Shown here in pieces: positions 1-9,101 of a stretch of DNA of 64,000 nucleotides. A model generated the notes under the pieces. That model was not told the origin of the DNA. It saw only the letters and a list, made by a program, of their open reading frames with translations, and made no database searches. Position 1 is the first letter of the stretch. Every line of letters begins with the position of its first letter. Position numbers and translations under genes: made by a program. Location: positions 195,339 through 259,338 of IMG/VR virus record IMGVR_UViG_3300046660_000716, one strand, 5' to 3'.

Positions 1-1359
1 GGTGGAGGCGAGTGAAGACGCCGCGTTGTACTGGGCGTTGGAGTAGGTGGACCGGCGGCACTCCAGCGCGGCCAGCAGCGCGTCGATCAGGGACCGCGCG
101 ATGTTGCCGTTGAGGATCTGGCCGATCGCGTTGAAGATCGCGGAGTTGAACGAGCACGCCTCGGCCAGGGCGCCGGAGACGCCGCGCGCCACGGCGGTGG
201 AGGATCCGCCCCACGCCACGCTGCTGTCCGACGAGAGGAACGAGCCCGTGATAGGCGGCGAGGTGCCGAGCAGCGAGGCCAGGCGCACGGCGGCGTCCGA
301 GCCGGAGCCGGAGCGGCCGGCGGTCGTCAGGCCCGGATCGCCCCTGAGCGGAGCGTACTGCGGATTCCCGCTCACGATGACAGTCGCGTCCTTCCAGCCG
401 TCCCCGTCCAGCAGGCCGGTCCCCTGGAGGCGATCCGCCGTGTCCTCATCGGACTCGTCCTCGCCTTCGTCCGGGCCGATGGCTGCGTCGGGGTCGTCCT
501 CGGCATCGAGCTGGTCGCCGACGGCCTCGCCGATCTTGGCGCTGACCGCGTCGGCCGTCTCCTCGGAGAGGTCGCCGATCGCGCCGTCGATGTCGCCGAC
601 GCCGGGCGGGAGCTCGGTGATCGGGAAGAGCGCCGAGATGTCGGCCATCTCCAGCGAGGGGGCAATGGGGGTGAAGACCCCGTAGTCCTCCAGCTCCTGC
701 TTGAGGTTGAGGTCGTCGCCGGTCAGGTTCCCGGTGTCCAGGCCGGCCAGGCCGGAGAGGCGGTCGGTCTCCCCGGAGATGAACTCGCCTGGGTCCAGGT
801 CGCCGCCCACGCTCAGCTCGCCGCGGGACGCCATCTGGAAGCCCTTGGAGAACTTGTCGGTGGTCCTGGCTCCGATCTCGACGAGCTGGGACGCGGCGCC
901 GAGCATCTTCCTCGCGTCGGAGGGGCTGGCCGTGAGCGACCTCTCGATGAGGGAACCGATCGCGGAGGCCTGGCTGGCGATGCTGTGAGCGAGGCCGGCG
1001 GCGAGCGACTGCATCGTGGCGGAGACGGACAGGTCGCCGATGGTGGACCGCAGAGAGCCGGAGCCGGCCTGCATGACCCTGCCAAGCCCCGCCGTGTCGA
1101 AGGAGTAGTCGGATCTGCCGAAGCCCAGGGCGTCGGCGCCCAGGTTCCCGAGGCCGGACGAGCCCAGGCATCCAAGGGATGTGGAGGGCGAGGACGACAG
1201 CGAGGTGGCCCGGCCCATGGCGTCCCTCGACCACCGCGTGTCCAGCAGGTTCATCAGCTCCGTCTTCTGGACGGTGCCGGTGTTCGGCGGCGCGGAGTAG
1301 CCCGAGGTGGAGAACGCCCCGGTGGAGGGGAAGCCCGTGAGTGTCTGTAGAGAGAACAT
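1..1359 (-). CDS. Hypothetical protein, probably virion-associated; runs off the left edge (at least 453 codons)
   Basis: Manual translation from ATG at 1359 (MFSLQTLTGFPSTGAF...) stays open to base 1 with GC3-biased codons. Contains an acidic stretch (EDDPDAAIGPDEGEDESDED). Absent from the ORF track because it has no stop in the window. AACA-N6-TG motif just upstream. Confidence 0.75.
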   Translation of the reverse strand, partial: MFSLQTLTGFPSTGAFSTSGYSAPPNTGTVQKTELMNLLDTRWSRDAMGRATSLSSSPSTSLGCLGSSGLGNLGADALGFGRSDYSFDTAGLGRVMQAGSGSLRSTIGDLSVSATMQSLAAGLAHSIASQASAIGSLIERSLTASPSDARKMLGAASQLVEIGARTTDKFSKGFQMASRGELSVGGDLDPGEFISGETDRLSGLAGLDTGNLTGDDLNLKQELEDYGVFTPIAPSLEMADISALFPITELPPGVGDIDGAIGDLSEETADAVSAKIGEAVGDQLDAEDDPDAAIGPDEGEDESDEDTADRLQGTGLLDGDGWKDATVIVSGNPQYAPLRGDPGLTTAGRSGSGSDAAVRLASLLGTSPPITGSFLSSDSSVAWGGSSTAVARGVSGALAEACSFNSAIFNAIGQILNGNIARSLIDALLAALECRRSTYSNAQYNAASSLAST

Positions 1360-1381
1360 GGCTAGCTTCCATGGAAAAGAT

Positions 1382-1393
1382 CATCGGTTTGTT
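1382..1393 (-). promoter_or_regulatory. Putative late promoter AACAaaccgaTG
   Basis: Matches AACA-N6-T(A/G), 23 nt upstream of the ATG at 1359; divergent from the copy at 1402. Confidence 0.7.
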
Positions 1394-1401
1394 ATGCCCG
1401 C

Positions 1402-1413
1402 AACAGGAAATTG
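1402..1413 (+). promoter_or_regulatory. Putative late promoter AACAggaaatTG
   Basis: Matches the motif, 28 nt upstream of the tape-measure GTG start. Confidence 0.7.
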
Positions 1414-1441
1414 ACAGAAACGACACTCTCAAGGACCAACC

Positions 1442-4400
1442 GTGGCATCCATCCTCCGATACGCCGGGAACGTCGGCCGCAGCGCCGCCTACGCACTGCC
1501 CCAGATCATCAAGGGCCGCCTGCCCTCCGTGCACGCTCTCACGAGCCAGTTCACCGACAAGGGCCAGCGGGAGAACACCGTCGACGCCTTCCGCGAAATG
1601 AAGGGCATCCTCAAGGAGGACGTCCTCGGCCTGATGCGCAAGGGCCTCGACAACGCGAACAAGGAACTCAAGTCCGGCAAGTTCCACCAGACCGAGGCCG
1701 AGCAGAACGCATCGTTCGATTCGTCCATGGGCTTCGACGCAGGCGCGTTCGACAACTCGTTCCTGGAGGAGCACGGCTCCACCAACGCCGCCGATTCCGG
1801 CACCGCCCGCGTGGCGGCGGCCGCGGCGGCTGAGGGCGCGTCGGCGGGCGTGGCGGCGGCCGCGGCTCGCATGGGCGACAGCCCGGCGGCCCGCGTGGGC
1901 GCGCAGGCGTCAGTGGCGACGGCCAAGTTCAGCCGCGCGTCGCTGGGCGCGCAGATGGCGGTCGGCAACATGCTCAAGGGCGCCATCATGGCGAACGCCC
2001 AGGTGCTGTCGCAGATGCACAAGTTCCAGGTCACGACGCAGCACCAGTTCTACCGCCAGCAGCTCGAGCACAACATGGCCATGGCCGGCATGACGTCGGA
2101 GCTGATCTCCCAGATCCGCGACCTGCGCAGCTCGTCCAACGTCGCGGCCGCCGCGTCCGACCAGATCATGCAGGCGTTCACCGGGAAGCAGTCCGACTTC
2201 TCCCGCGTGTTCGACAGCAAGGGCGGCATGGACGTCGGCGCCTACCTCGGCGTGATCAACAGCCGCTTCAAGAAGTCCGTCGGCGACGGCTCGATGTTCA
2301 AGATGATGGGCAATTCCATCGCTGCGGCCCCTCTGGCCGCGGCCTTCAGCCGCACGCTGGAGGCCCTGATCCCGAAGAACTTCGGCAAGCAGCTGGAGCA
2401 GTTCAACGACTTCGCCAGCAAGCTCGGCACGGTGCTGAACCAGCGCGCCCGCCACGTCGCGGGCGGCCTGCGCGGCAGCAACAGCGCCGGAAAGCGCGGC
2501 CTGGGCAAGGTGCTGGAGTTCTTCAGCATCGACGCGCCGACCTCTGCGGCCGGCCCGGACCTGTCCCGCCAGGTGCGCGGCAAGGCCGTCGCGTTCGACG
2601 GCTACGCCCACCGCTCCATCGTCGAGGTGATCCCGAGCCACCTGGCCGACATCCACGCCGAGCTGGTGGCGCAGCGCCGGGCCAAGGGCATCGCGGACCC
2701 GACCGACCGCAAGCTGTACGACTTCAAGACCGGTCGCTTCTCCAGCGAGAAGGCCAGCCGGCAGGCGCACGAGAAGCGCGTGGACCGCGAGTCCATCGCC
2801 CACTTCGACCGCGTCCACCGCGCCATCGGCGACGGCGGCGATCGCCAGACCGCCGCCGACCTGAAAGAAGCGTTCAAGGTCCTGCGCAACGACCAGTTCT
2901 CGGTCAAGAAGGGCAGCTCCGCAGACCTCGGCGGCCAGATCGACTCGCTGGCGCAGCGCCTGCGCACCCAGGGCAAGGGCGCGGAGGCCGACAAGCTGCT
3001 GAAGGCGCGCGACAAGATCGTGAAGGCGCGCGAGAAGCACGGCGCCCGCTTCTCCTACGAGCTGCAGACCGCCGTGAACCGCTCCGACGCGTCGCGCTCG
3101 AAAGCGTACGACGGCATCGAGAACGAGGAGGGCGTCCACCGCATGATGTACAGCGGCGGCATCTACGACGCAGAGTCGCAGCGCGACGGCGGGAGACTGG
3201 ACATCGGGGGCGGTCGAGGCCGCGGAGGCCGGGGCGGCAATCGCCGTCGCCGCGGCGGCCCCGGTCCAGGCCCCGCGCCGTCCGGCAATCCGCTGGACAG
3301 CGTGCTGCCCACCGGCGACGCCCAGGGCTTCGAGAAGGGCGCGTCCGACCAGAAGCTCTTCCGCGACGCGACCGGCAAGATCACGCTGAAGAGCATCCTG
3401 CAGACCCCGATGGTCCTCGCCTCCAAGGCCATGAACACGCTCGAGACCAAGATCTCCGGCGTCCTGTTCGGCGACGGCACCGGCCAGCGCGCCGGCCTGT
3501 TCACCCGCATGAACCGCATGCTCATGGGCGACGTGGACCCGACCACCGGGCGCCGCACCGGACCCCTTGGCCGCATGGTCGACTTCGTCAAGAAGGACAT
3601 CTTCGGCCCGCTGAAGAAGGCGATGGTCGGCGACCCGTCCGACCCCGCCAGCCAGGCAACCTCGATCGTGGGCACGACCAAGCGCTGGTTCCGGGAGGCC
3701 GTCGACAGCGGCAAGAAGTTCCTGTTCGGCGACCGCACCGAGGCCGAGGACGGCACCGTCACCCGCAAGGGCGGCCTGTTCGGCGGCGTGGTGAACTACT
3801 TCTCCGGCAAGAGCAAGCAGCTCAAGGACTACCTGCTCGGCAAGGGCGACGACGGCAAGAACCCGGGCCTGCTCGTCAACCTGAAGGAGAAGTTCACCGG
3901 GATGGTGGACCGCATGAACAAGTCCCTCTTCGGGACGAAGGACGCGGACGGCCGCCGCAGCGGCGGCGTGTTCGGCGACGGCATCCAGAAGGGCAAGGAC
4001 TTCATGGTCTCGCTCTGGGACAAGTTCCAGGAGAAGGCCGTGCAGCCCCTGGGCAAGCTCCTCTTCGGCGAGGTGGGCGCGGACGGCAAGCGCTCCGGCG
4101 GCGCGTTCGGCTCGGCCTGGCAGAAAGGCAAGGACTTCGTCTCCAACCTGGGCGCCCAGGTCTCGACCTCGATCATCAAGCCCATGCAGGTCGCCCTGTT
4201 CGGCAAGGGCACCACGGTCGACGACGGCTTCGGCAACGTCACCTACAAGGGCCGCGGCATCTTCCCGACCCTCGGCGACACCCTGAAGACCAGCGTCATC
4301 GCTCCAATGATGACCTCGCTGTTCGGCGAGAAGCAGTACAAGGGCATGGACGCATCCGGCAAGCCGATCTTCAAGCGCCAGGGCGGCGCCTTCGGCATGC

Positions 4401-7400
4401 TCGGCCAGTCCCTCAAGGACGCCTTCGCCCCGCTGAAGAACACCTTCGTCGGCCCGGACGGCATCTGGACCAGCCTCAAGAAGGGCGTCAAGGACACCTT
4501 CGCCGACCTGAAGGTCGCGATCTTTGGCGAGGCCAAGGAGGGAGAAGGCTCGCTCGCCGATCGCATCGGCGCCAAGATTTCCGACGGCATCAAGCGCGTC
4601 GGCGACTGGATGCAGGACAAGCTGAAGCCCGTGACCGAGTGGATCCAGAAGGGCGGCGACTGGCTCAAGACCAAGGTGTTCGAGCCGTTCGGCAAGTGGC
4701 TGAACGATCCCAAGTCGGGCTTCATCGTGCGCATGCGCGAGGGGACCGCCTCGTTCTTCTACGGCAAGAAGAACGCCGACAGCGGAATGCGCGAGGGCGG
4801 CCTGTTCGGCGCCGTGAAGAAGCAGATGGACCACTTCTTCTACGGCAATCCCGACAAGGGCACCAAGGGCTTCGTCGAGCGCGTGGTCGAGCCAGCCAAG
4901 AAGTTCGTGCTGGAAGAGATCTGGAACCCGCTGAAGACCAAGGTCAGCGACATGTGGGACGGCACCAAGCAGTTCTTCAAGGACGAGATCCTCTCGCCGC
5001 TGAAGGGCGTGATGGAGCCGTTCGTCACCGAGGCCAAGGAGCAGTGGCGCCTCCTGAAGGAGTGGGTCAAGGGCCCCCTGTGGGAGACCGTGAAGGGCGT
5101 CGGCGCGCAGATCGACGGCGTGTTCAAGAACACCTTCGGCACCGGCCTGTCCGAGATGCTGCGCAAGAACGTCCTGGATCCGATCAAGGACGCGCTGAGC
5201 AGCGTGCAGAAGTTCCTGGGAACGGCGCTGAAGTCGGTCCTGAAGCTGCCGGTCAACATCCTGCGTGGCGCCGCCGACGAGCTGAAGGCATCGCAGATCC
5301 GCCGCGGGATCGCGGGAGGCATGTCGCAGGCCGAGCGCGAGCGCATCATCCGCGAGAAGGGCATCGATCCGGCAACTATCCCCGCTGGCTCCGGTTCCAG
5401 CCTGCGCAATCGGGCGGCTCCGGGAGTCGCCGGTGCGAACCCTGCTTCCCCTGGAGGCCCTGCCGGCCCTGGCGGTTCGGCGGCTCCCGGCGTGCGCTCG
5501 GCGGGCGGCCCTCAGTCGGTCGCAGCCGGTTCCCCAGGTTACACGGCTCCGGGCGTAGCGGGCTCTGCTGCCGCTCCCGGCGGCGTGCGCCAGGCTGGCG
5601 CAGCGGGCGCTCCGTCGGTTTCCGGCGGCGGCCACGGCAGCGTGGGCTCCCCGTCGCACCCGGACTCCGGTTCGGCAACGATGGCCAAGCCGCACGATAT
5701 CGACAAGGCGATCATCGCTACAGCTGACAACACCCACAACATCTACCAGTTTGTCAGCAAACACCTGTGGGGCGTGGGCAAGAACGTCGAGCGTATCGTC
5801 GACCACTTCAAGATCCAGGACATCGCCACCGGCGGCAACAGCTCCGACCGACGCCCTTCCGGCCTGCTCGGCAAGCTGCGCAAGCTGATCACGAACCCGC
5901 TGGGCTTCGTGCGCGACGTCGTGACCGGTGCCTTCGACTACATGCGCAAAGCCGTGTCGAAGGTGTTCGACGCAGCGAAGGGCCTGATCATGGTCCCTAT
6001 CAAGGGCCTGATCAAGGGCTTCGAGCTGCTGAATAAGACGTTCGGCGTGATGCGCAAGATGTTCGGCGAGATGGCCGGCATGGCCAAGGATCTGATCGTC
6101 AACACGCTGGGCGGCGCCGCCAAGGTCGCGGGCACCATCCTGCGCGAGACGGCGAAGGCCACCAGCACCGCGTTCGTGTCGATCACCAAGGCCATTCCGG
6201 CCGTGGTCTCGTCCATCACCAGCGCCTCCGTCAGCATCCTCAAGGCGGGCGGCCAGATCCTGGGCGCGGCCGCCAAGATCGTCGGCTCCATCGCGACCAC
6301 CCTCGTCAAGATGGCCGGCGCGATGATCACGACCGCGGTCAAGGTGACCAAGGACATCGTGACGGGCCTGGCCCGCATCACGTTCGACGCGATCGGCACG
6401 GTCGTCGGCACCATCACGGGCCGCGGCAAGAAGAACGCGCGCGGCAAGCTGACCCCGGTCTACGTGGTCGGCGGCTACCTGGCCGGCACCACCGGCGGCG
6501 CCAAGTCGCTGGAGGAGGCCGAGGCTGGCGGCGGCATCCGCAAGGCTGTGAACCGCGTGACGGGCGCGATCGGCGACGCCGTTGACAAGGTGAAGAATGG
6601 CTTCCAGGCGGTCAAAGATCGCATGAGCGCCAAGGACACCGTGACCAACGACGGCAAGTGGAAAGCCCGCCTGCTGTCCGCGGGCGAGAAGTCGCGCGAG
6701 GCGCTGGCCGGGATCGGCAGCGGCATCAAGTCGTTCGGCTCCTTCCTGATGAGCGCGATCCCGATGGTCATCTCGGGAATCGGCGCGCTGGTGTCCTTCT
6801 TCACCCAGGGCAAATTCATCTCCATGCTCGGCAGCCTGCTCAAGGGCAACGTCGGCGGCATGCTGAAGGGCGGCGCCGGGATGGTGATGGACGCCGGCAA
6901 GGGGCTCGTCGGCAAGATGGGCGGCCTGAAGGGCGTGGGCCTCGCCGCGGGCGCCGGCCTGATCGGCACGGGCGTCAACGCTCTGGCCGACAACTACATG
7001 GACGAGGGCGTAGGCAAGAAGATCGTCAAGACCGGAGGCACCGCGCTGCAGTACGGCGCGATGGGCGCGACGATCGGCTCCGTCATCCCGGGCGTGGGCA
7101 CCGCCGTTGGCGCAGGCGTGGGCGCGGCGATCGGCGCCGTGGTCGAGAACTGGGACGACATCGCCAAGGCCGCCAAGGCCCTGGGTGAGATGATGTGGTC
7201 GCTGCCCAAGAAGATCCTGGGCTTCTACGAGGACGCCGGTAAGTTCCTGCTGGACGGCATCAAGGCGATCCCTGGCATGCTGCTGGACGGCCTGAAGGCC
7301 ATGGTGGGCCTGGGCTCGCAGGCTGCGGACGGCGTGAAGAGCGCCGCCTCCAGCGCGTGGGACTGGATCTCGGGCGGTTCGTCGTCTGACGCTCCGGTCG

Positions 7401-9049
7401 AGAACCGGGCGGAGGGCGGTCCGCTGGGCTCCAAGGCCACCATGGTTGGCGAGCTCGGTCCGGAGGTCCTCAACCGCAGGGGTGAGGTCATCTCCGGCGG
7501 CCGTCAGGGTGGCAAGTTCAGCAATCCATCGCTGGTCAAGGCCGCCCAGGGCCGCGAGGACTCGGTCTCCGAGATTCTGCGTCGCATCTCCACCAACACG
7601 CTCTACAGCGCTCGCGCTCTGGAGGCGATCGTCAACGGGTCCGGCTTCGGCCCGCTCGAAGACGACGACTCTGTGGAGTTCAAGCCGCTGAAGAACGTGC
7701 GCAGGCCGTCCAACTCGGGCGGCGGCGGGGGCTCCTCGTCCGGCGGCATCATGGACAACATCGGTGAGCTGGGCCGGACCATCGGCCAGGGCGCATCGAG
7801 CGTTGGCCACGCTGCCTTCGGTGCAGCCAAGAACGTCGGCTCGAAGATCATGTCGGGCGACTTCTCCGGGGCCGCGAGCAGCGCCTGGAGTGGTCTGAAG
7901 AGCGTTGGCTCGGCGATCGGCCAGGCCGGCTCGGCCATCGGCCAAACGTCCATCGGCTCGGCCATCACGGGCTCCGGCAGCGAGGGTCAGAAGGCCCTGA
8001 TGGACGCCGCTGTGAAGGCTGGCATCACCTCTCCGACCGAGCAGGCGATGTTCCTCGCACAGATGGACACCGAGTCGGGCGGCTTCCGCAAGCTGTCCGA
8101 GAGCTTCGCCTACAGCCCGGACAGGCTGGCGGCCGTGTTCCCCAAGTACTTCAAGTCCCCAGCCGATGCCGCGCAGGTGGTCCAGCAGGGTCCTGAAGCG
8201 ATCGCCGAGAAGGTCTACGGCGGCCGGATGGGCAACAAGGACCAGGGCGACGGCTTCAAGTACCGCGGCCGCGGCTACATCCAGCTGACCGGCAAGGCGA
8301 ACTACGAAGCGGCGGGCAAGGCGCTGGGCATCGACCTCGTCGGCAGCCCGGACCTGGCGGCCGATCCGGCTACGGCGGCGGCGATCGCCACGTGGTTCTG
8401 GAAGAGCCACGGCATCTCCGGTCCGGCGTCGAAGGGCGACGTGGCAGGCACCACCAAGATCATCAACGGTGGTGAGAACGGCCTGTCGGACCGCCAGGCG
8501 AAGTACACTGGCTATCTAGCCAAGCTGCAGCAGGCGCCGACTGGCGGGACCGCGGAAGCGAACCCGCTGAAGACGGCCATGCTCGGCGGCTGGATGGGCG
8601 ACTCGCCGACCCTGGTGGGCGAGCGCCAGCCGGAGGTGCTGTCGCCGGACGGCCAGATTCACCCGTCCGTCGACGCGTACCTGAGCTCCTCCAGCGCCGA
8701 CCCTTCCAGCCTCGCCGTCAACACGGCGGTCAAGGAGGCGGTTCGTCGCTCCGGCGCCGGTCCCGACAACGCAGGAGCCAACGACGCGATGAGCAAGATC
8801 GCGGCGGCGGCTGGCGGCGGAGGGATGGCTCCGGAAGCGATGGAGCTCTTCACGAAGATGCTGGAGGCGCTGAACGCCGTGGCAAACAACACCGCCGGGA
8901 TCTCGAACCTGGTGGCCGCGGCGCCGCAGGCGAACAGCCCCGTAGGCATCGACGCATCGAAGCAGACCAAGAACGTCTTCACCCTCGGCAGTGCAGCGCC
9001 TCGCGGCGACGGCATGAGCCCGATGATGGAGCGGCTCGCGGTAGGCTAA
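1442..9049 (+). CDS. Giant tape-measure-like tail protein with a C-terminal GH19 (chitinase-class) lysozyme domain
   Basis: 2535 aa, long Gly/Ala/Lys-rich helical repeats (GGxFG...KGKDF). GH19 motifs at about 8040-8520: AMFLAQMDTESGGF, DGFKYRGRGYIQLTGKANY, AATAAAIATWFW, TKIINGGENGLSDR. Tape-measure-type GG..VGE.GPE motifs flank the domain. Confidence 0.85.
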   Translation: MASILRYAGNVGRSAAYALPQIIKGRLPSVHALTSQFTDKGQRENTVDAFREMKGILKEDVLGLMRKGLDNANKELKSGKFHQTEAEQNASFDSSMGFDAGAFDNSFLEEHGSTNAADSGTARVAAAAAAEGASAGVAAAAARMGDSPAARVGAQASVATAKFSRASLGAQMAVGNMLKGAIMANAQVLSQMHKFQVTTQHQFYRQQLEHNMAMAGMTSELISQIRDLRSSSNVAAAASDQIMQAFTGKQSDFSRVFDSKGGMDVGAYLGVINSRFKKSVGDGSMFKMMGNSIAAAPLAAAFSRTLEALIPKNFGKQLEQFNDFASKLGTVLNQRARHVAGGLRGSNSAGKRGLGKVLEFFSIDAPTSAAGPDLSRQVRGKAVAFDGYAHRSIVEVIPSHLADIHAELVAQRRAKGIADPTDRKLYDFKTGRFSSEKASRQAHEKRVDRESIAHFDRVHRAIGDGGDRQTAADLKEAFKVLRNDQFSVKKGSSADLGGQIDSLAQRLRTQGKGAEADKLLKARDKIVKAREKHGARFSYELQTAVNRSDASRSKAYDGIENEEGVHRMMYSGGIYDAESQRDGGRLDIGGGRGRGGRGGNRRRRGGPGPGPAPSGNPLDSVLPTGDAQGFEKGASDQKLFRDATGKITLKSILQTPMVLASKAMNTLETKISGVLFGDGTGQRAGLFTRMNRMLMGDVDPTTGRRTGPLGRMVDFVKKDIFGPLKKAMVGDPSDPASQATSIVGTTKRWFREAVDSGKKFLFGDRTEAEDGTVTRKGGLFGGVVNYFSGKSKQLKDYLLGKGDDGKNPGLLVNLKEKFTGMVDRMNKSLFGTKDADGRRSGGVFGDGIQKGKDFMVSLWDKFQEKAVQPLGKLLFGEVGADGKRSGGAFGSAWQKGKDFVSNLGAQVSTSIIKPMQVALFGKGTTVDDGFGNVTYKGRGIFPTLGDTLKTSVIAPMMTSLFGEKQYKGMDASGKPIFKRQGGAFGMLGQSLKDAFAPLKNTFVGPDGIWTSLKKGVKDTFADLKVAIFGEAKEGEGSLADRIGAKISDGIKRVGDWMQDKLKPVTEWIQKGGDWLKTKVFEPFGKWLNDPKSGFIVRMREGTASFFYGKKNADSGMREGGLFGAVKKQMDHFFYGNPDKGTKGFVERVVEPAKKFVLEEIWNPLKTKVSDMWDGTKQFFKDEILSPLKGVMEPFVTEAKEQWRLLKEWVKGPLWETVKGVGAQIDGVFKNTFGTGLSEMLRKNVLDPIKDALSSVQKFLGTALKSVLKLPVNILRGAADELKASQIRRGIAGGMSQAERERIIREKGIDPATIPAGSGSSLRNRAAPGVAGANPASPGGPAGPGGSAAPGVRSAGGPQSVAAGSPGYTAPGVAGSAAAPGGVRQAGAAGAPSVSGGGHGSVGSPSHPDSGSATMAKPHDIDKAIIATADNTHNIYQFVSKHLWGVGKNVERIVDHFKIQDIATGGNSSDRRPSGLLGKLRKLITNPLGFVRDVVTGAFDYMRKAVSKVFDAAKGLIMVPIKGLIKGFELLNKTFGVMRKMFGEMAGMAKDLIVNTLGGAAKVAGTILRETAKATSTAFVSITKAIPAVVSSITSASVSILKAGGQILGAAAKIVGSIATTLVKMAGAMITTAVKVTKDIVTGLARITFDAIGTVVGTITGRGKKNARGKLTPVYVVGGYLAGTTGGAKSLEEAEAGGGIRKAVNRVTGAIGDAVDKVKNGFQAVKDRMSAKDTVTNDGKWKARLLSAGEKSREALAGIGSGIKSFGSFLMSAIPMVISGIGALVSFFTQGKFISMLGSLLKGNVGGMLKGGAGMVMDAGKGLVGKMGGLKGVGLAAGAGLIGTGVNALADNYMDEGVGKKIVKTGGTALQYGAMGATIGSVIPGVGTAVGAGVGAAIGAVVENWDDIAKAAKALGEMMWSLPKKILGFYEDAGKFLLDGIKAIPGMLLDGLKAMVGLGSQAADGVKSAASSAWDWISGGSSSDAPVENRAEGGPLGSKATMVGELGPEVLNRRGEVISGGRQGGKFSNPSLVKAAQGREDSVSEILRRISTNTLYSARALEAIVNGSGFGPLEDDDSVEFKPLKNVRRPSNSGGGGGSSSGGIMDNIGELGRTIGQGASSVGHAAFGAAKNVGSKIMSGDFSGAASSAWSGLKSVGSAIGQAGSAIGQTSIGSAITGSGSEGQKALMDAAVKAGITSPTEQAMFLAQMDTESGGFRKLSESFAYSPDRLAAVFPKYFKSPADAAQVVQQGPEAIAEKVYGGRMGNKDQGDGFKYRGRGYIQLTGKANYEAAGKALGIDLVGSPDLAADPATAAAIATWFWKSHGISGPASKGDVAGTTKIINGGENGLSDRQAKYTGYLAKLQQAPTGGTAEANPLKTAMLGGWMGDSPTLVGERQPEVLSPDGQIHPSVDAYLSSSSADPSSLAVNTAVKEAVRRSGAGPDNAGANDAMSKIAAAAGGGGMAPEAMELFTKMLEALNAVANNTAGISNLVAAAPQANSPVGIDASKQTKNVFTLGSAAPRGDGMSPMMERLAVG

Positions 9050-9056
9050 GCAGCAC

Positions 9057-9078
9057 CGGGAGGGCCTCGGCCCTCCCG
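9057..9078 (+). terminator. Intergenic hairpin CGGGAGGGC-CTCG-GCCCTCCCG (terminator or processing site)
   Basis: Perfect 9-bp stem directly after the tape-measure stop; U-tract weak. Confidence 0.45.
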
Positions 9079-9101
9079 TCTCACCAACACAGAGAGAACA
9101 C

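Noticed and set aside
47-685. Plus-strand 212-aa ORF and other small ORFs in the first 1.4 kb
   Set aside because: The minus-strand frame from ATG 1359 to the edge has proper codon bias and its own promoter motif; these ORFs are its shadows.
1910-8410. 2166-aa minus-strand ORF and the many other long antisense or alternate-frame ORFs (e.g. 15354..17579, 19829..21643, 39559..41373, 51589..54534)
   Set aside because: Shadow frames of real genes caused by strong GC3 bias. Translations are Arg/Ala/Gly/His/Val-rich with no motifs and no RBS.
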